A stretch of DNA of 63,853 nt, the filler included, from Octopus bimaculoides (lineage: Eukaryota): NCBI RefSeq assembly GCF_001194135.2. It is 5 parts of 5 records of this genome, joined end to end, with 100 filler letters (N's around TTAATTAATTAA, not from the genome) between each part and the next. Parts side by side here need not be neighbours in the genome. Positions count along the whole stretch, not along the records: positions 14,512 to 45,257 come from NC_069004.1; 4 more parts are not named here. One strand, 5' to 3'. Both the position numbers and the translations under genes were made by a program. How positions within the stretch are numbered: position 1 is the first letter of the stretch; each line of letters opens with the position of its first letter. This document shows, in pieces, positions 23,423 through 36,774 of the stretch. The notes below the pieces were generated by a model. That model had not been told where the DNA came from. It was given only the letters and a program-made list of their open reading frames with translations, and ran no database searches.

Positions 23423-24702
23423 CTTTTGTATAAAAGTAAATATATTATGTGTGATGTGTGTGTATGTGTCTCTCTCTATATATATGTAGACTCGTGTGCA
23501 GATATCGGAATCAACTGATCACTTGCTCCACTGTTGCACAGAGTTACTCCCCGGGAGTACATGTATGTTTCTTCACGCAACAAATCGTTTTTCAGTTGAA
23601 CGAATGAAACTGTATCGGTCACACACCGTTTAGGTCAATGCACATTGGTCAAGGCACGGCATATTATTGAATGTGTCAGAGAGATGTAATATAGTTATAG
23701 CTAGCAAGACTGCTATTCTGTAAGAGGAGCACTCGCTTTTCACTTAGGTTTGAATAAGTAAGCCGTTGTGAAATTTCTAGTGTATGAATGCTGTATAGGG
23801 TGAATTTTCTCCGACGACGACAGATTGAGAGTATCTCAGATCTACAGTTAAATTACTGTTTTGATATCTGGAACATCTTAAACACAGCTCAGTTCCTGGT
23901 TTCGTTGAAGTATTGAGTGGTATTAGCAAAGATGCTCCATGTTATTCAAGTACGTTTTGATCATAATCCCTGAGTTTCCAGAACAATTAAGGCAAGGGCT
24001 GAAGTTTTCCCTATTGTTTAACAAGAGTCTATATGTGAATAATATCGATTTTTAAATATGTTCACGGTGAGCACCATGCAATTATTTCTCTTACCATACC
24101 AACTGAAGTTGTACTCGAATGTATGAATATAATGAGAGCATTATATATACAATAACTCCTGAAGATTAGACAAGTCTAGGCAAAATTTGATCTCAGAAAC
24201 TTATTGATTAAATATATCAATTATTCAATAGAGTCGAACGTGTGTGTGTAAGTGTGTGCGCGCGTATGTGTTGTCTGTGTATGCAGGGTGGGGGTTAGAG
24301 ATGTGAGTATGTGTGTATGTGCTTGTGGACGTGTGTCATTGTTTAGACCTGAATGAGCCTAAACAAAGCGAACATAGAATTCAAGGTAGTTTAACCGTGA
24401 CCATCCTGTCATTTTTATATTTATTTTTTCTTCGTGCAGCTAATGTGAGGGTATTTTGGTTGATATTTCTAGCAAGCAGAGAATCCACATAGAGGCGTCC
24501 GCGTTTGTGTGTCCAGATTGAGATTTGTTTGCATGTCTGTTCACGTGTTTATGTGAGTTAAAGTGCATCGGTTTGTGTTTGTGTGTCTATATATGTATGT
24601 ATGCATGTGTCTGTGTTTGTATGTGTGTGTATATATGTGTTTAAGTCTGTATATAAATGTGTATTGTGTGTGTGTTTGTGTGTGTATGCATTTCTGTTTC
24701 GT

Positions 24703-24790
24703 GCCGTGTTTGTAATATAAGTTACGGTCGTGCCGTGTTTGTAATACAACTTACGGTCGTGCCGTGTCTGTAATATAAGTTACGGTTGTG
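24703..24790 (+). repeat. 29-bp minisatellite x3 (GTCGTGCCGTGTTTGTAATATAAGTTACG)
   Basis: Directly visible. Confidence 0.9.
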
Positions 24791-25227
24791 ACTTATAGCT
24801 TGCTGGTGTCAGTAATTGTAACACGCGCGCGCGCGCACGCATACTCATGACAATATAAGATAAAGCACATTATAAACCAATCGTCTTTCTTCACGTCTTC
24901 CTCAATACCATCACGGATCGCTGCCTCGCCCTACTAAGAACGTCCTCCTTTTTTGCTGCCAGTTGCGATAAACGTCTGCCCCCAAAAAATGGGTGAAAAT
25001 GTCTAGTACGACTCAATAAAACTCGTAGTTAAGAAGTTTCCTTTGCAACCACGTGGTTCTGGGTTCAATCCTAAAGCACAGCATTTCGGACATGCGTCTT
25101 CTACTCTGTTCTTGAATAAAGTTGAATTCGCATAATTAGACTAAATTAATCAACAAACAACATAACCACGTGCTTGTGGCACCATGGGAAGGGGTGGCAC
25201 TCCACCGAGTTTTATTTTTGCCCAAAT

Positions 25228-25435
25228 GGAGCCGCGTGGCTTATTAGTTAGCGCGTTCCACTCATGATCGTAAGACTGTGGTTTCGATTCCTCGACTGGA
25301 CGATGCGTTGTATTCTTGAGTAAAACGCTCCAGTCTACTCAACTAGCAAAATGAATAATCCTGCGACACACAGACGTTCCGCCTCAGGGGAATATGCACA
25401 CCACAGACAGAATTCAGGAAATAAGCGATATGAGC
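25228..25435 (+). mobile_element. tRNA-derived SINE family C
   Basis: Head GCGTGGCTTATTAGTTAG...GGTTTCGATTCC. Related copies at 28930-29110 (-), 33314-33532 (-), 37753-37990 (+), 52670-52850 (+) and 53895-54000 (+). Confidence 0.75.
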
Positions 25436-25779
25436 CTTCATTCCATTTTTCATACTTATATACATACACAAACATTTCTCGGCGGTTTCGGCCGGCTACA
25501 TTCGAGACTGCTCCAGTTCTTGTTTTCGTATACATTCGCTTGCTTTCTACCAAGGAATCTAGTGCTCTTAGCTTAGATTTTCTTGGGGCTGGCCAGATTG
25601 GAGCAGTCTCGAATGTAACTGGTCGAAACTGCCGAGAAAATCTGGAACTCGACTGGGGATAGAAAACTCCAAATGACCCGTCCTTGTTTTCTCCTGTCCT
25701 TTTTTGTATCGTCTAACCGTCCGGATGTTTTGTTGTCGCCTGTTACGTTCTTGTTTCATTTTTTTTTCTTTGAAACGCC

Positions 25780-25925
25780 AGTGTTAGAATGGTGGCAGCT
25801 GATGAAGGAAATGTTCTCTATGTGGCCTGTGTGTTTTCGGTACTTGTTTATCATTTTGTCTACGTTTTGTTTGCAATGTCCTGTACCCAGATATGCATCT
25901 ATATATACAGGTAGATGTAAGTATG
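25780..25925 (+). repeat. Dispersed repeat (second copy at 55563-55705, minus)
   Basis: TTAGAAT.G.GGCAGCTGATGAAGGAAAT.TTCTCTAT.TGGCCTGT...CTGTACCCAGATATGCATCTATATATAC occurs at both sites and ends in a microsatellite. Confidence 0.75.
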
Positions 25926-27086
25926 TACATACATGTACGTATATATGCATATACTCATTTATTATTTGTATATATATATATATATAGATAGATAGCTGTT
26001 ACTCGCAAATACAATACTCTGGCTATTGTGTTTGTGATCACAGTATGATGGCAGTAAAAGTATCTTAGTCGGTTGGTAATACAGCAGTGTATTCGATGAG
26101 TTTTATCAAGTGATCAAAACCAGCTGGTTAGTCCACTCTTTCAATTGGCTGTCCAGTGAGGTGCGGTCGATTATTATTAGAAGCGGTGTGATTGGAGATC
26201 AATCAGATAACGCTTGACCGTCTGCCAAATTCACGTCCGTCACTAAGCAACCACTTGAAATTCACAAATGAGTTTTGAATCATTTGCCTGTCAAATTATC
26301 AAGTGATGTTTTATGGCATGGACGAAAGGTTTCGTGTTTACTGGGCTTATAAGATTGACTGGGTTTAATTAAATTTGATAGAAAAGTTTCATAGCAACAA
26401 ATATATTTATTATTATTACCATTTATTATCATTAACATCATCATCATCATCATCATCATCATCATTATTTTTATTGCTTAGCAATATTTTTTGTGTGCAC
26501 ATCTATCCCGATACACATGAACCATTGGCACATATAACAAATACTCTTTCTTTCTCTCCCTCTTTACAGTTTACTGTTTCAAGCCTCTCTCTTTTCTTCT
26601 CCTTCACTCTTCTCTCTCTCTCTTCCATTCTTTCTCTTACACACACACAGACATACGCGCGCACACACACATACACGCGCGCGCGCACATACACATACAC
26701 ACATACGTGCGCAGAAACACATGCGTGCACACATATGTTTGCATGTATGTGCTTGCGGCGGTTTGATCATTTTGTGAAACGGTTACTGTAATCAAACTCA
26801 GTGGCGTCCAAACGTACTCAGAATAGTGTTACACCTTAATGTTATCGAAAGCGATATATCATGCGTGGACGCGTGTATATATATGGATGGATGGAGGGGT
26901 AGATGGGTTGACAGGCAGACTGACTGATAGGCAGACAGGCAGACAAGCAGGCAGAGAGACAGACAGACGGATGGATGGTTGGACAGATGGATGTATGGAT
27001 AAATGGATGGATGATTGAATAGATAGATGAATGGATGGATAGATCGATCCATCGACGGATGGACGATCATATAGGTTGGAAAATAA

Positions 27087-27129
<43 letters not shown>

Positions 27130-27290
27130 TAGGTATAAAAAGAAAAGTAAGAATGAGTTGGAATGAATGAGAGAGGGAGAAAGAGAGAGCAACTATGATT
27201 AAGCATAACATTTTTGACATATGCATACACTTCTGCATGCTATAGTTACAATAACGTCATTAAGCTACATATTATAGTCACAATTAAACA

Positions 27291-27887
27291 AGTAATCTTT
27301 TTATATTTCGGGCACAAAAGCCCATCATCATGAGTCAACAGTAAAAAAAAATGTTAGTTTATACAGTACCAACCATATTCTTTTCTACTCTAGGCACAAG
27401 ACCCGAAATTTGTTGGGACGGGGGCGGGCAGTCTATTAGATCAACCCAAGTATGCAACTGGTGCCTAATTTACCGATCTCGAAAGGATGAAAGGCTAAGT
27501 CGACCTCGACGGAATTTGAACTCAGAACGTAAAGACAGTCGAAATACCTATTTCTTTACTGCCCACAAGGGGCTACATAGAGAGGGGACAAACAAAGACA
27601 GACAAACGGATTAAGTCGATTATATTGACCCCAGTGCGTAACTGGTACTTAATTCATCGACCCCGAAAGGATGAAAGGCAAAGTCGACCTCGGCGGAATT
27701 TGAACTCAGAACGTAGCGGCAGACGAAATACCGCTAAGCATTTCGCCTGGCGTGCTAACGTTTCTGCTAGCTCGGCGCCTTGAGTGCAAGCCATATTGAT
27801 CAATATGGTTGTACTGTATAGATTAAACATGTTTTGACTGTCTACTTGTGGTAATGGGCCATTGTGCCTGAAATACAAGGATTATTA
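27291..27887. repeat. ~90-bp inverted repeat (27291-27379 and 27802-27887) with SINEs inserted at the centre
   Basis: The arms align as reverse complements by eye. CCATATT is duplicated on both sides of the insertion (27373-27379 and 27791-27797). Confidence 0.7.
27380..27781 (-). mobile_element. Two head-to-tail SINE family B copies
   Basis: Full head GGCGCCGAGCTAGCAGAAACGTTAGC at 27780; a second, 5'-truncated copy at 27380-27545. Confidence 0.85.
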
Positions 27888-28753
27888 AACATTTTCCTTT
27901 TCGCATTGTAAGAAATTCTCTGTCTTCATTATTTTCTTACTTTACTAATATATCACAATATATGAGTAAAGCCAATATGTTTGTTGCAATCACAATCCCA
28001 CCAGTAAATTATTTCGCAATGACGACAATGAGCCGGTAAAAGTCACTAAACTACATGTTAGTTACAGTCACAGTTACACTACTAATTTGCACCACTATTA
28101 AATTGCATGTGAAGCAAATCAATTTATGACATATTTATCTAACATACAGAAGAAAGAGCAAACTAATATGAATGTGTGTGTTTTTGTGCGTGTGCGTGCG
28201 TGCATGTGTGTATGTATTATCTATTTATGTATGTTTATATATATATATATATNNNNNNNNNNNNNNNNNNNNNNNNNNNNNNNNNNNNNNNNNNNNNNNN
28301 NNNNNNNNNNNNNNNNNNNNNNNNNNNNNNNNNNNNNNNNNNNNNNNNNNNNNNNNNNNNNNNNNNNNNNNNNNNNNNNNNNNNNNNNNNNNNNNNNNNN
28401 NNNNNNNNNNNNNNNNNNNNNNNNNNNNNNNNNNNNNNNNNNNNNNNNNNNNNNNNNNNNNNNNNNNNNNNNNNNNNNNNNNNNNNNNNNNNNNNNNNNN
28501 NNNNNNNNNNNNNNNNNNNNNNNNNNNNNNNNNNNNNNNNNNNNNNNNNNNNNNNNNNNNNNNNNNNNNNNNNNNNNNNNNNNNNNNNNNNNNNCGGTAC
28601 AGCTGTTTCTGGTACAGTTGCGTATTAACCAGCTCTTATTTATGTAGATCCTGCATCCCCCAGCTTAATGTCGGAGTTTATGCACTTGGTTCGGCCTGTG
28701 CATTCATTGTGTGTACTTATGTATTTGTCATTTGGCACCTTCTTACGGATGTA

Positions 28754-28826
<73 letters not shown>

Positions 28827-29193
28827 AAGGATTCTCGATGTATGAGGGTTCTGCAATTTCTTTGTTGAAGAGCCACACAAATGATTTGTTCATAGTGATA
28901 AAATGCTTTTGTTTCACCTAAGCTCACAACCTCCACCAAATCGAATTACCTGTACAGGAGCACGACGTGCCACAGTGCCACATGTCAGACGACGAAATGA
29001 TCGCAGAGCAATGTGAAATGAAGTGTTTTGCTCAAGGACACAACGCTCGGTTTGGAAATCGAACCCATGATCTCGCAATAGTGAGTGCAACATTCTAACC
29101 ACTAAGCCATTTATATGTGCATATCATATGTATATATCTATACATACATACATGCATGCATACACAAATACATACATACATACACACACACAC

Positions 29194-29235
<42 letters not shown>

Positions 29236-29473
29236 NNNNNNNNNNNNNNNNNNNNNNNNNNNNNNNNNNNNNNNNNNNNNNNNNNNNNNNNNNNNNNNNN
29301 NNNNNNNNNNNNNNNNNNNNNNNNNNNNNNNNNNNNNNNNNNNNNNNNNNNNNNNNNNNNNNNNNNNNNNNNNNNNNNNNNNNNNNNNNNNNNNNNNNNN
29401 NNNNNNNNNNNNNNNNNNNNNNNNNNNNNNNNNNNNNNNNNNNNNNNNNNNNNNNNNNNNNNNNNNNNNNNNT

Positions 29474-29668
29474 ATAGGGGGAGAATTCACACAAAAAAAA
29501 AACAAAAGACGAAGACAGGTGGTGTAGACAACAAACAAATGTATTAGTATAAGGCTCGAGAAGTGAAAAAGTCTTTAACGTTTCGAGCCTACGCTCTTCC
29601 ACAGAAAGGAATACAGAAAGAAACAAGGAGAGAGAAAAAGAATGTGTAGTGGCTAGCGATCTATCATG
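29474..29668 (-). mobile_element. PLE terminal (pseudo-LTR-like) fragment carrying a hammerhead-like motif
   Basis: Homologous to the 3' end of the GIY-YIG-bearing PLE (4285-4385) and to 36775-36921. Its 3' end runs into TATA plus an N gap. Confidence 0.7.
29573..29608 (-). ncRNA. Minimal type-I hammerhead-like motif with A6U core variant
   Basis: CTTT-CTGTGGA-A-GAGC-GTAG-GCTC-GAA-ACGT-T-AAAG. Stem I is CTTT/AAAG, stem II is GAGC/GCTC, and stem III is the palindrome ACGT. Confidence 0.55.
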
Positions 29669-30173
29669 CCGATATATATCTATATGTAATTATGCATATA
29701 CACACACTGACACAAACACATTGAGCACACCATTGTCGGGTTGCTATAACGACGATGGCACACTTTCATAGTTATCAGAGCAATCGGGGTCCGTAACGTC
29801 ATCATTACGCCCATAACAACAACAACTACAACAACAACAGCAATACAATAGATTTTGTACGTTACCTATGAAGGTCGTAGGATCATAAGGTGGTCGTAGG
29901 TCAAGGGTTAAATTAGACCCCATAATCCGGCAGTGATTACAGTGAGAAACCCAGAGGTCTTTTGTGTGTTAGTATTTAGATGTATGTATGTATGTATGTA
30001 TGTATGTATGTGTGTGTGTGTGTATGTATGTATGTATTATGTGTGCGATTGTCTGTTCGTATTTCGATATATGTCTATATATATATATATGTATGTGTCT
30101 CTGTGTGCGTGTGTGTGTGTGATGTGGGAAGTGTGTGTGCGTGCGAGTGTGTGTGTGTGTGTGTGCGTGCGAG

Positions 30174-30204
<31 letters not shown>

Positions 30205-30794
30205 TTTGCTGTCTGTGTAACGGTGCTTTGCAATGTTAATTATGACACAAGTCGTTATCATTTAATAACAACGCCATCTTGGTACCACATACTGAATATT
30301 CATAGCGCGTTACATAACGTGTATATACTTATGCGTTTCAATATAACTATTTATATATATATACACATTCATGTATGAATGCGCGCGTGTGTGTGTAAGC
30401 ATATAACAATCCCTGTATATTTCTCTCTTGGAGCATGTATTAAGGAACTTGAGAATTGCGCATACAAACTACGACATACGTATAGTGTAAATGCAGATAG
30501 TTACATGTGTGTTTGTGTGTGTGTGTGCTTTTAGATGATACTATAGTCTCTTTTTGCCTGCAAATGTCAATTTTTCAAACTGTCTATAACCATACATACA
30601 TACATGCGTACATACATATATACATGCATACATACATACATATATTTTAATGTTTGTTTTTATGTTCAGTCAAAATAAAATCAATCTTACATTAATTTGA
30701 CGGGTTTCTCTATACTTTTGTAGACTACAAATTCATTATTCTTAAATAATATTCTTGCAAGTTTCAACCAGTTAAGCCATATATATACAGATAT

Positions 30795-30990
30795 ATTGCA
30801 TTTGATGGCGTATAAGACGCACTTCTTCAAAATAATGGCTCAAAAAAATTTCACCCCGAGTCCTTTATGCAAAGTTAGGTCTATATTATATGTCTTACTG
30901 CAGCGAAAGCTTCATTATTGCAAATAAGCACTGCTGAAATTAGGGTGCTTCTAATACGCCCGTGCGTCTTTTATGCCATCAGTCAAGGCG
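30795..30990. mobile_element. Tc1/mariner-type MITE
   Basis: Inverted repeats GATGGCGTATAAGACGCAC (30804-30822) and GTGCGTCTTTTATGCCATC (30962-30980). Confidence 0.6.
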
Positions 30991-31370
30991 TATTTGTGTG
31001 CGTGCGTATGTATTTATGTACATTTGGCTTTCTTTGGGTCATTAAAAATTTTTTTTTTCTTTCGGAATATGTGCAATAGAGAAGCAAGGGGATTTTCCAA
31101 CTCAGAAAGAATGTTCTTGCAAATGTGATTTGGAAGACAACGTCTGAAAACCAGTCTGTCAATATTCCTGTATGTCTGACTGTCTGTTTGCAAGTGTGTA
31201 TGTATATACGTTTGTAAGTATGTATGTATGAATGTATATATGCATGTGTGTGTGTGTGTGTGTGTGTGTATACGTTAGTACGTATGAATGTATATAGTTA
31301 TTTATTTGTATGTGTGCGTGTGTATATGTATGTGTGTGTATGCATAAAAGTTTTTAAGTATCTATGTATG

Positions 31371-31409
<39 letters not shown>

Positions 31410-31630
31410 TTCTATGCATGTATGTATATGTGTACGAAGTGTGTATGAATGTATATCGCAATTTATTTATTTGTATGCGCGTGTGTGCGCATGTATGTAT
31501 GTGTGTGTGTGCATGTATGTATGTATGTGTGTGTGTGTGTGAGAATTAAAAGACGAATTTCTAATTTTTTTTCACGTTATTCACAAATACATCCACAAAA
31601 CGAATACTGGCAGTAAATACACCAAATCCC

Positions 31631-31735
31631 AAGAATAATGAGTGATTATCTTCATTCTGCTGAAGAATAATGAGTGATTATCTTCATTCTGCTGAAGAAT
31701 GATGAGTGATTATCTTCATTCTGCTGAAGAATGAT
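31631..31735 (+). repeat. 32-bp minisatellite x~3.3 (GAAGAATAATGAGTGATTATCTTCATTCTGCT)
   Basis: Directly visible. Confidence 0.9.
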
Positions 31736-31999
31736 GGGGGAACTATTTTGGTAAATTTCTTAAATTTTCGGAATCACACTTTCGTTGTACCTAGATTTCT
31801 ACTTATTTCGAAATCACAAACTTTCCCGAAATTTTGAATTGACATTTTATTATCGCCTATTTGCTTCAGTAACTGGACTGCAGCCAGGCTACAGCAAGGA
31901 ATCTTAATTTTTCTAAAGACACAGAGCTGCATAATGTTTATTTTGCAAATTTTTTGTAAATTTTCCAAAAATCCACAGGTTCTTTGATCTTCAGAATTT

Positions 32000-32042
<43 letters not shown>

Positions 32043-32257
32043 ACTCTCTATATATATGCGTGCGTGTGTATTTAGACATATCCAATAGCTGACACGTAGC
32101 TGTGTTTTTGGTAATATTTAATCCAACTAGTAACCGCTCAGCTCGAAGAACTGGGACAGTTATGATGCAAATGTAACGTAAGCTACAATATATATATGTA
32201 AGAAAATAAATACCAACTAAGCTGGATTTCGTTATGTCATTTGGTAAAGAGCATATA

Positions 32258-32321
<64 letters not shown>

Positions 32322-32682
32322 ACACACACAGAAGGGAGAGAGAGACTGATAGAGATTCTTACGTATTAAAACGTCATGGCTTTCGATTTAGTTACTACCC
32401 AATAATGACATTAAGCTGTGCTTATTACACCCCACTATATACACACACATAAATATATATATATAATTAGGTTTATAATTAGTCAGTAGTCGAAACACAC
32501 ATACACACTGTCACACATATACATATGTACTCATATTAGTTTTGTTGCTTTTAAATCTTCATCATCTTTATTGTTCAAGGCTAGCGAAATGTGTCAGAAA
32601 TACACCGAGCTTGCTTTTTATTTATTTTTTACATCAAAATAAGTAAAGTACATGTGGAATAACATGCATTAAAAATGCTCAC

Positions 32683-32861
32683 CTTTTACAAATGTTGCAT
32701 GAGAAATTCCTTATGACATTTTCAGACCCTCTGTTAATTTTATTATCTGAAATGTATCTATATTTATCGTGACAGGAAATCTGTGTTGTGTCTTTACAGG
32801 AGTAGTTGTATGCCATTCCATTTGCACCGATTACAAATGGAATAATTGCGAGCCAGATTAA
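32683..32861 (-). CDS. Exon encoding a signal-peptide-like core and Cys-rich N-terminal segment
   Basis: Pyrimidine-rich acceptor ...CACTTCCAG| and donor AAAG|GTGAGC; 179 nt, phase 0 to 2. Reads LIWLAIIPFVIGANGMAYNYSCKDTTQISCHDKYRYISDNKINRGSENVIRNFSCNICK(R). Confidence 0.72.
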
Positions 32862-33037
32862 CTGGAAGTGTTTACGGATGATATCAAGTGAATGAGATGA
32901 GTAGAGAGAAGAGGGGAGGCTACAAAGAAGTAAACTCCACTCGAGAATGAGACAACTGTGGTCAATGGAAAATTTGGTCTGTCTGTTGAAAACACCTCCT
33001 TTAGAATACCCACGATAGCCAGCTATAATAACCACTC

Positions 33038-33290
33038 TAGTGGTTCTCAACTGGGTCCACATGACCCTTGAGGGTCCATATAAGATTTGGTTGTTAAAAA
33101 TTATATGCAATAAATTGGTTATTCTTTCACAATCACAAAATATTTTAACAAATTTTTAATACAATTCGTAATAATACTTAATCATAAAAATATGATGAAT
33201 TTTTAAAAACTTCAAATGGCTATGGAGGCCCATCCGAGTAAAATTGGAATCAAAAAGAGTCCATAGGCAAAAAATGATAGAGAACCACTG
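33038..33290. mobile_element. hAT-type MITE
   Basis: TIRs TAGTGGTTCTCAA and AGAGAACCACTG. Same family as the end at 41050-41230. Confidence 0.7.
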
Positions 33291-33313
33291 TTCAACTCTA
33301 ATAATAAAATAAA

Positions 33314-33532
33314 TGCGCCCTTTTAAAGCCTAGCCAGGCTCATGGGCCCGGTTTCCCGGTTTCAATGGCGTATGTCCATCGCAGCGTTACTCATTTTTTG
33401 CCAGCTGAGTGGACTGGAGCAACGTGAAATGAAGTGTTTTGCTCAAGAACACAACGCGTCGTCCGGTCCAGGAATCGAAACCACAATCTTACGATCATGG
33501 TGCTGACACCTTAACCACTAGGCCACGCACCT
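33314..33532 (-). mobile_element. SINE family C, near full length
   Basis: A-box-like TGGCCTAGTGGTTAAGG, B-box GGTTTCGATTCC, and conserved body. Confidence 0.8.
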
Positions 33533-35243
33533 CCACGATCAACTCTAAGCACCCTTAATAATCATCTATAACCACTGAAAGCAACCACTCACAATAGCCT
33601 ACCATAATAACTACCCCGAATAACTCATCTACACAAAGTCTAACCGTTTACGCACCAAAATCAAGCAATATCGAGTCGATTAAGTCTTTCGATGGGTAAT
33701 TTGATTGCTGGTGAAACCAAGATACCCCAAGTCTCTATAAGTTTAAGCCAACGAGGGAACTTTAAACGTGTTTGCTTGACCTTCTAGAAAATACAGCCAC
33801 GTTTCCTCACCCAAAAATTACACCGTACCGTCTTAAAAAAGACGACGATTTGGTAAAAGTTCAGACTTATTGGGCATGACTGTACCGCTTAGATTTGAGG
33901 TCTACTCAACCAGACTTGACCTAGGGTTAAACAACAGCCACAACAGTAGAATGTACACCTCGCTCTTGCCCAATCATCAAGTACCCCCACCTACAGAGAA
34001 CAACATCCTTTTTCCTAAGCATGTTATCTACCCACATTTATCCAAAAAAAGTAACTTCTAAACACACCTTTATATCCCACCCCACCTTTTATCTCTCTAC
34101 CCCAGCAATTCCAGTAATTCTTCACACACACAAACACACACACACCACACACATACANNNNNNNNNNCTTACACTGCTCTGGCAAAAACAAACAACTGAG
34201 AAACAGCAACAACAACGACAACAACAACGACAACAACAACAACAACAAAAACTGAAACGTAACTAGTTCAACGCCACGCAAAACATTATTAAGGCCGCCT
34301 TACACATACACGCACACTCACACACATTCATGTACATACTTGCACATTCATATACATACACAATGAGATGCATGTCTGTATGTGTGTGTGTGTGTATGTG
34401 TGTGTGTGTGTGTGAGCGTATGTGTGCGTATATGGATATACATCTGTAAACAAATAGAAATATATGTATATAATTATATGAGTGTCTTCTGTATATGTAT
34501 ATAAATATATGTATGTTTTTGTATACATATATACATACACATACACACACACACACACGCGCGCGCACTTATAAATATATATATATATATACGCATACAC
34601 ACATACATATATATATTATATAATTATATAATATATATANNNNNNNNNNNNNNNNNNNNNNNNNNNNNNNNNNNNNNNNNNNNNNNNNNNNNNNNNNNNN
34701 NNNNNNNNNNNNNNNNNNNNNNNNNNNNNNNNNNNNNNNNNNNNNNNNNNNNNNNNNNNNNNNNNNNNNNNNNNNNNNNNNNNNNNNNNNNNNNNNNNNN
34801 NNNNNNNNNNNNNNNNNNNNNNNNNNNNNNNNNNNNNNNNNNNNNNNNNNNNNNNNNNNNNNNNNNNNNNNNNNNNNNNNNNNNNNNNNNNNNNNNNNNN
34901 NNNNNNNNNNNNNNNNNNNNNNNNNNNNNNNNNNNNNNNNNNNNNNNNNNNNNNNNNNNNNNNNNNNNNNNNNNNNNNNNNNNNNNNNNNNNNNNNNNNN
35001 NNNNNNNNNNNNNNNNNNNNNNNNNNNNNNNNNNNNNNNNNNNNNNNNNNNNNNNNNNNNNNNNNNNNNNNNNNNNNNNNNNNNNNNNNNNNNNNNNNNN
35101 NNNNNNNNNNNNNNNNNNNNNNNNNNNNNNNNNNNNNNNNNNNNNNNNNNNNNNNNNNNNNNNNNNNNNNNNNNNNNNNNNNNNNNNNNNNNNNNNNNNN
35201 NNNNNNNNNNNNNNNNNNNNNNNNNNNNNNNNNNNNNNNNNNN

Positions 35244-35284
<41 letters not shown>

Positions 35285-35914
35285 GCAAATATGTGCATAT
35301 ATATACATGTATATGTGTGTGTGTGTGTGTGTGTACGTATGCATATAGATATATATGTATAGTTATGTAATATGCTTATATATAAATGTATGTATCTATA
35401 TATAACTATGTGTGTGTAATGTATATGTGTGTATTCATATAATTATGCAATTGTATATATATATATATGTGTGTGTGTATGTATATATATATATGTCTGT
35501 ATGTGTGTAGGTATATTTGTATGAATGTGTGTATGGATAGGTACTAATTATCGATTGGTCATGCCCCACCTTTTCCCATCTTTTTGTGTTATGGGGTTAA
35601 TTCATGGTTTTTTATACACCAACGTCAACACACTGGTGAATATACACAGCATTGTTATACACCCCATTGTATACAGCATAAATATATATGCACAGCTTTG
35701 TTATACACACCTTTTGTGTAGAGAATAAATAAATAAATACCAATCAACCAGTTTTTATTAAACAATATACTTCTACACACTAGCTGTCGGATGATTGCCA
35801 ATATCTCCCGTAATAAACAGCCATCTTCTTGGGTGAAGGCCATGGGTGGATATTTGCGTTGGTATGTGTATTTGTGTGTGTATGTATATACTTGTGCATG
35901 TGTGTTTATATACG

Positions 35915-36340
35915 TAGGTGCAAGTATGGCTGTGTGGTCGAGAGGTTCGCTTTGCAGCCATATGGTTTCGGGTTCAGCCCCACTGCGTGGCACCTTGGGC
36001 AAGGGATTTCTACTCGAGACTCGGGCCGACGAAAGGTTTGTGAATGCATTTAGTAGATGGTAGATGAAAGAAGCTCGTCGTGTGTGTGTGTGTGTGTGTG
36101 TATGTGTGTCTTTGTGTCTGTGTTTGTCCCCCACCACAGCTTGTCAGCCGGTGTTGGTGTGCTTATGTCCCTGTAACTTAGCGATTCGGTAAAATAGACC
36201 GATAGAATAAGTACCAACCTTGTTTAAAGAGAACTAGTCCTGGGGGTTGATTCATTTGACAAAAAAATATTCGAGGCGGTGTTCCAGTATGGCCGTTGTC
36301 TAATGACTGAAACAAGTAAGACATCAAAGATAAAAGATAT
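35915..36340 (+). mobile_element. SINE family A, near full length
   Basis: Colinear with 14570-14953. Confidence 0.85.
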
Positions 36341-36774
36341 GTGTATATGCGCTGGCATCTGCATGTTTGTATTTGCCACCCTTACCCCCACGGCTTTTAA
36401 CCGCTGTGGGTTTGTTTAAAACCCCCGCAAGTTAGGGGTTCGGCAATAAAAAAAAATGCCCAGGATTAAAATAAGTTGTCGATTTGTTCGACTAACTCAG
36501 CAAAGCAGTGCTCCAGCATGGCTGCGTTCCAATGACAAACAAATAAAAAAGTAAAACAGTAAAGACAAGACATCGGTATGTACTGAGGTATACCCGTGCC
36601 TATTTGGTGGTGTGTATGCATGTATCTATGTACATGAGTGTGTGTATTTGTATGTATTAGCCGAGAGGCTAAGAAGTTCGCTTCATAACCCCGAGGTTCC
36701 GGGGTCGATCCCAGTGCGTGGTATATTTGGTAACAGTCTTTAACCATAGTCTCGGTTCGGGCCAGGACTTGCAA

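Noticed and set aside
25771-25815. GAAAC...CTGATGAAGG in type-II hammerhead order
   Set aside because: Stems I and II do not pair convincingly, and the second copy (55563-55705) lacks GAAAC.
27780-27870. Apparent minus-strand exon HNGPLPQVDSQNMF with a strong acceptor in phase 2
   Set aside because: It is one arm of the 27291-27887 inverted repeat, runs into a SINE and has no good phase-2 donor.
31631-31735. 32-bp direct repeats as a CRISPR-like array
   Set aside because: The units are contiguous with no unique spacers, and the context is eukaryotic; a plain minisatellite.
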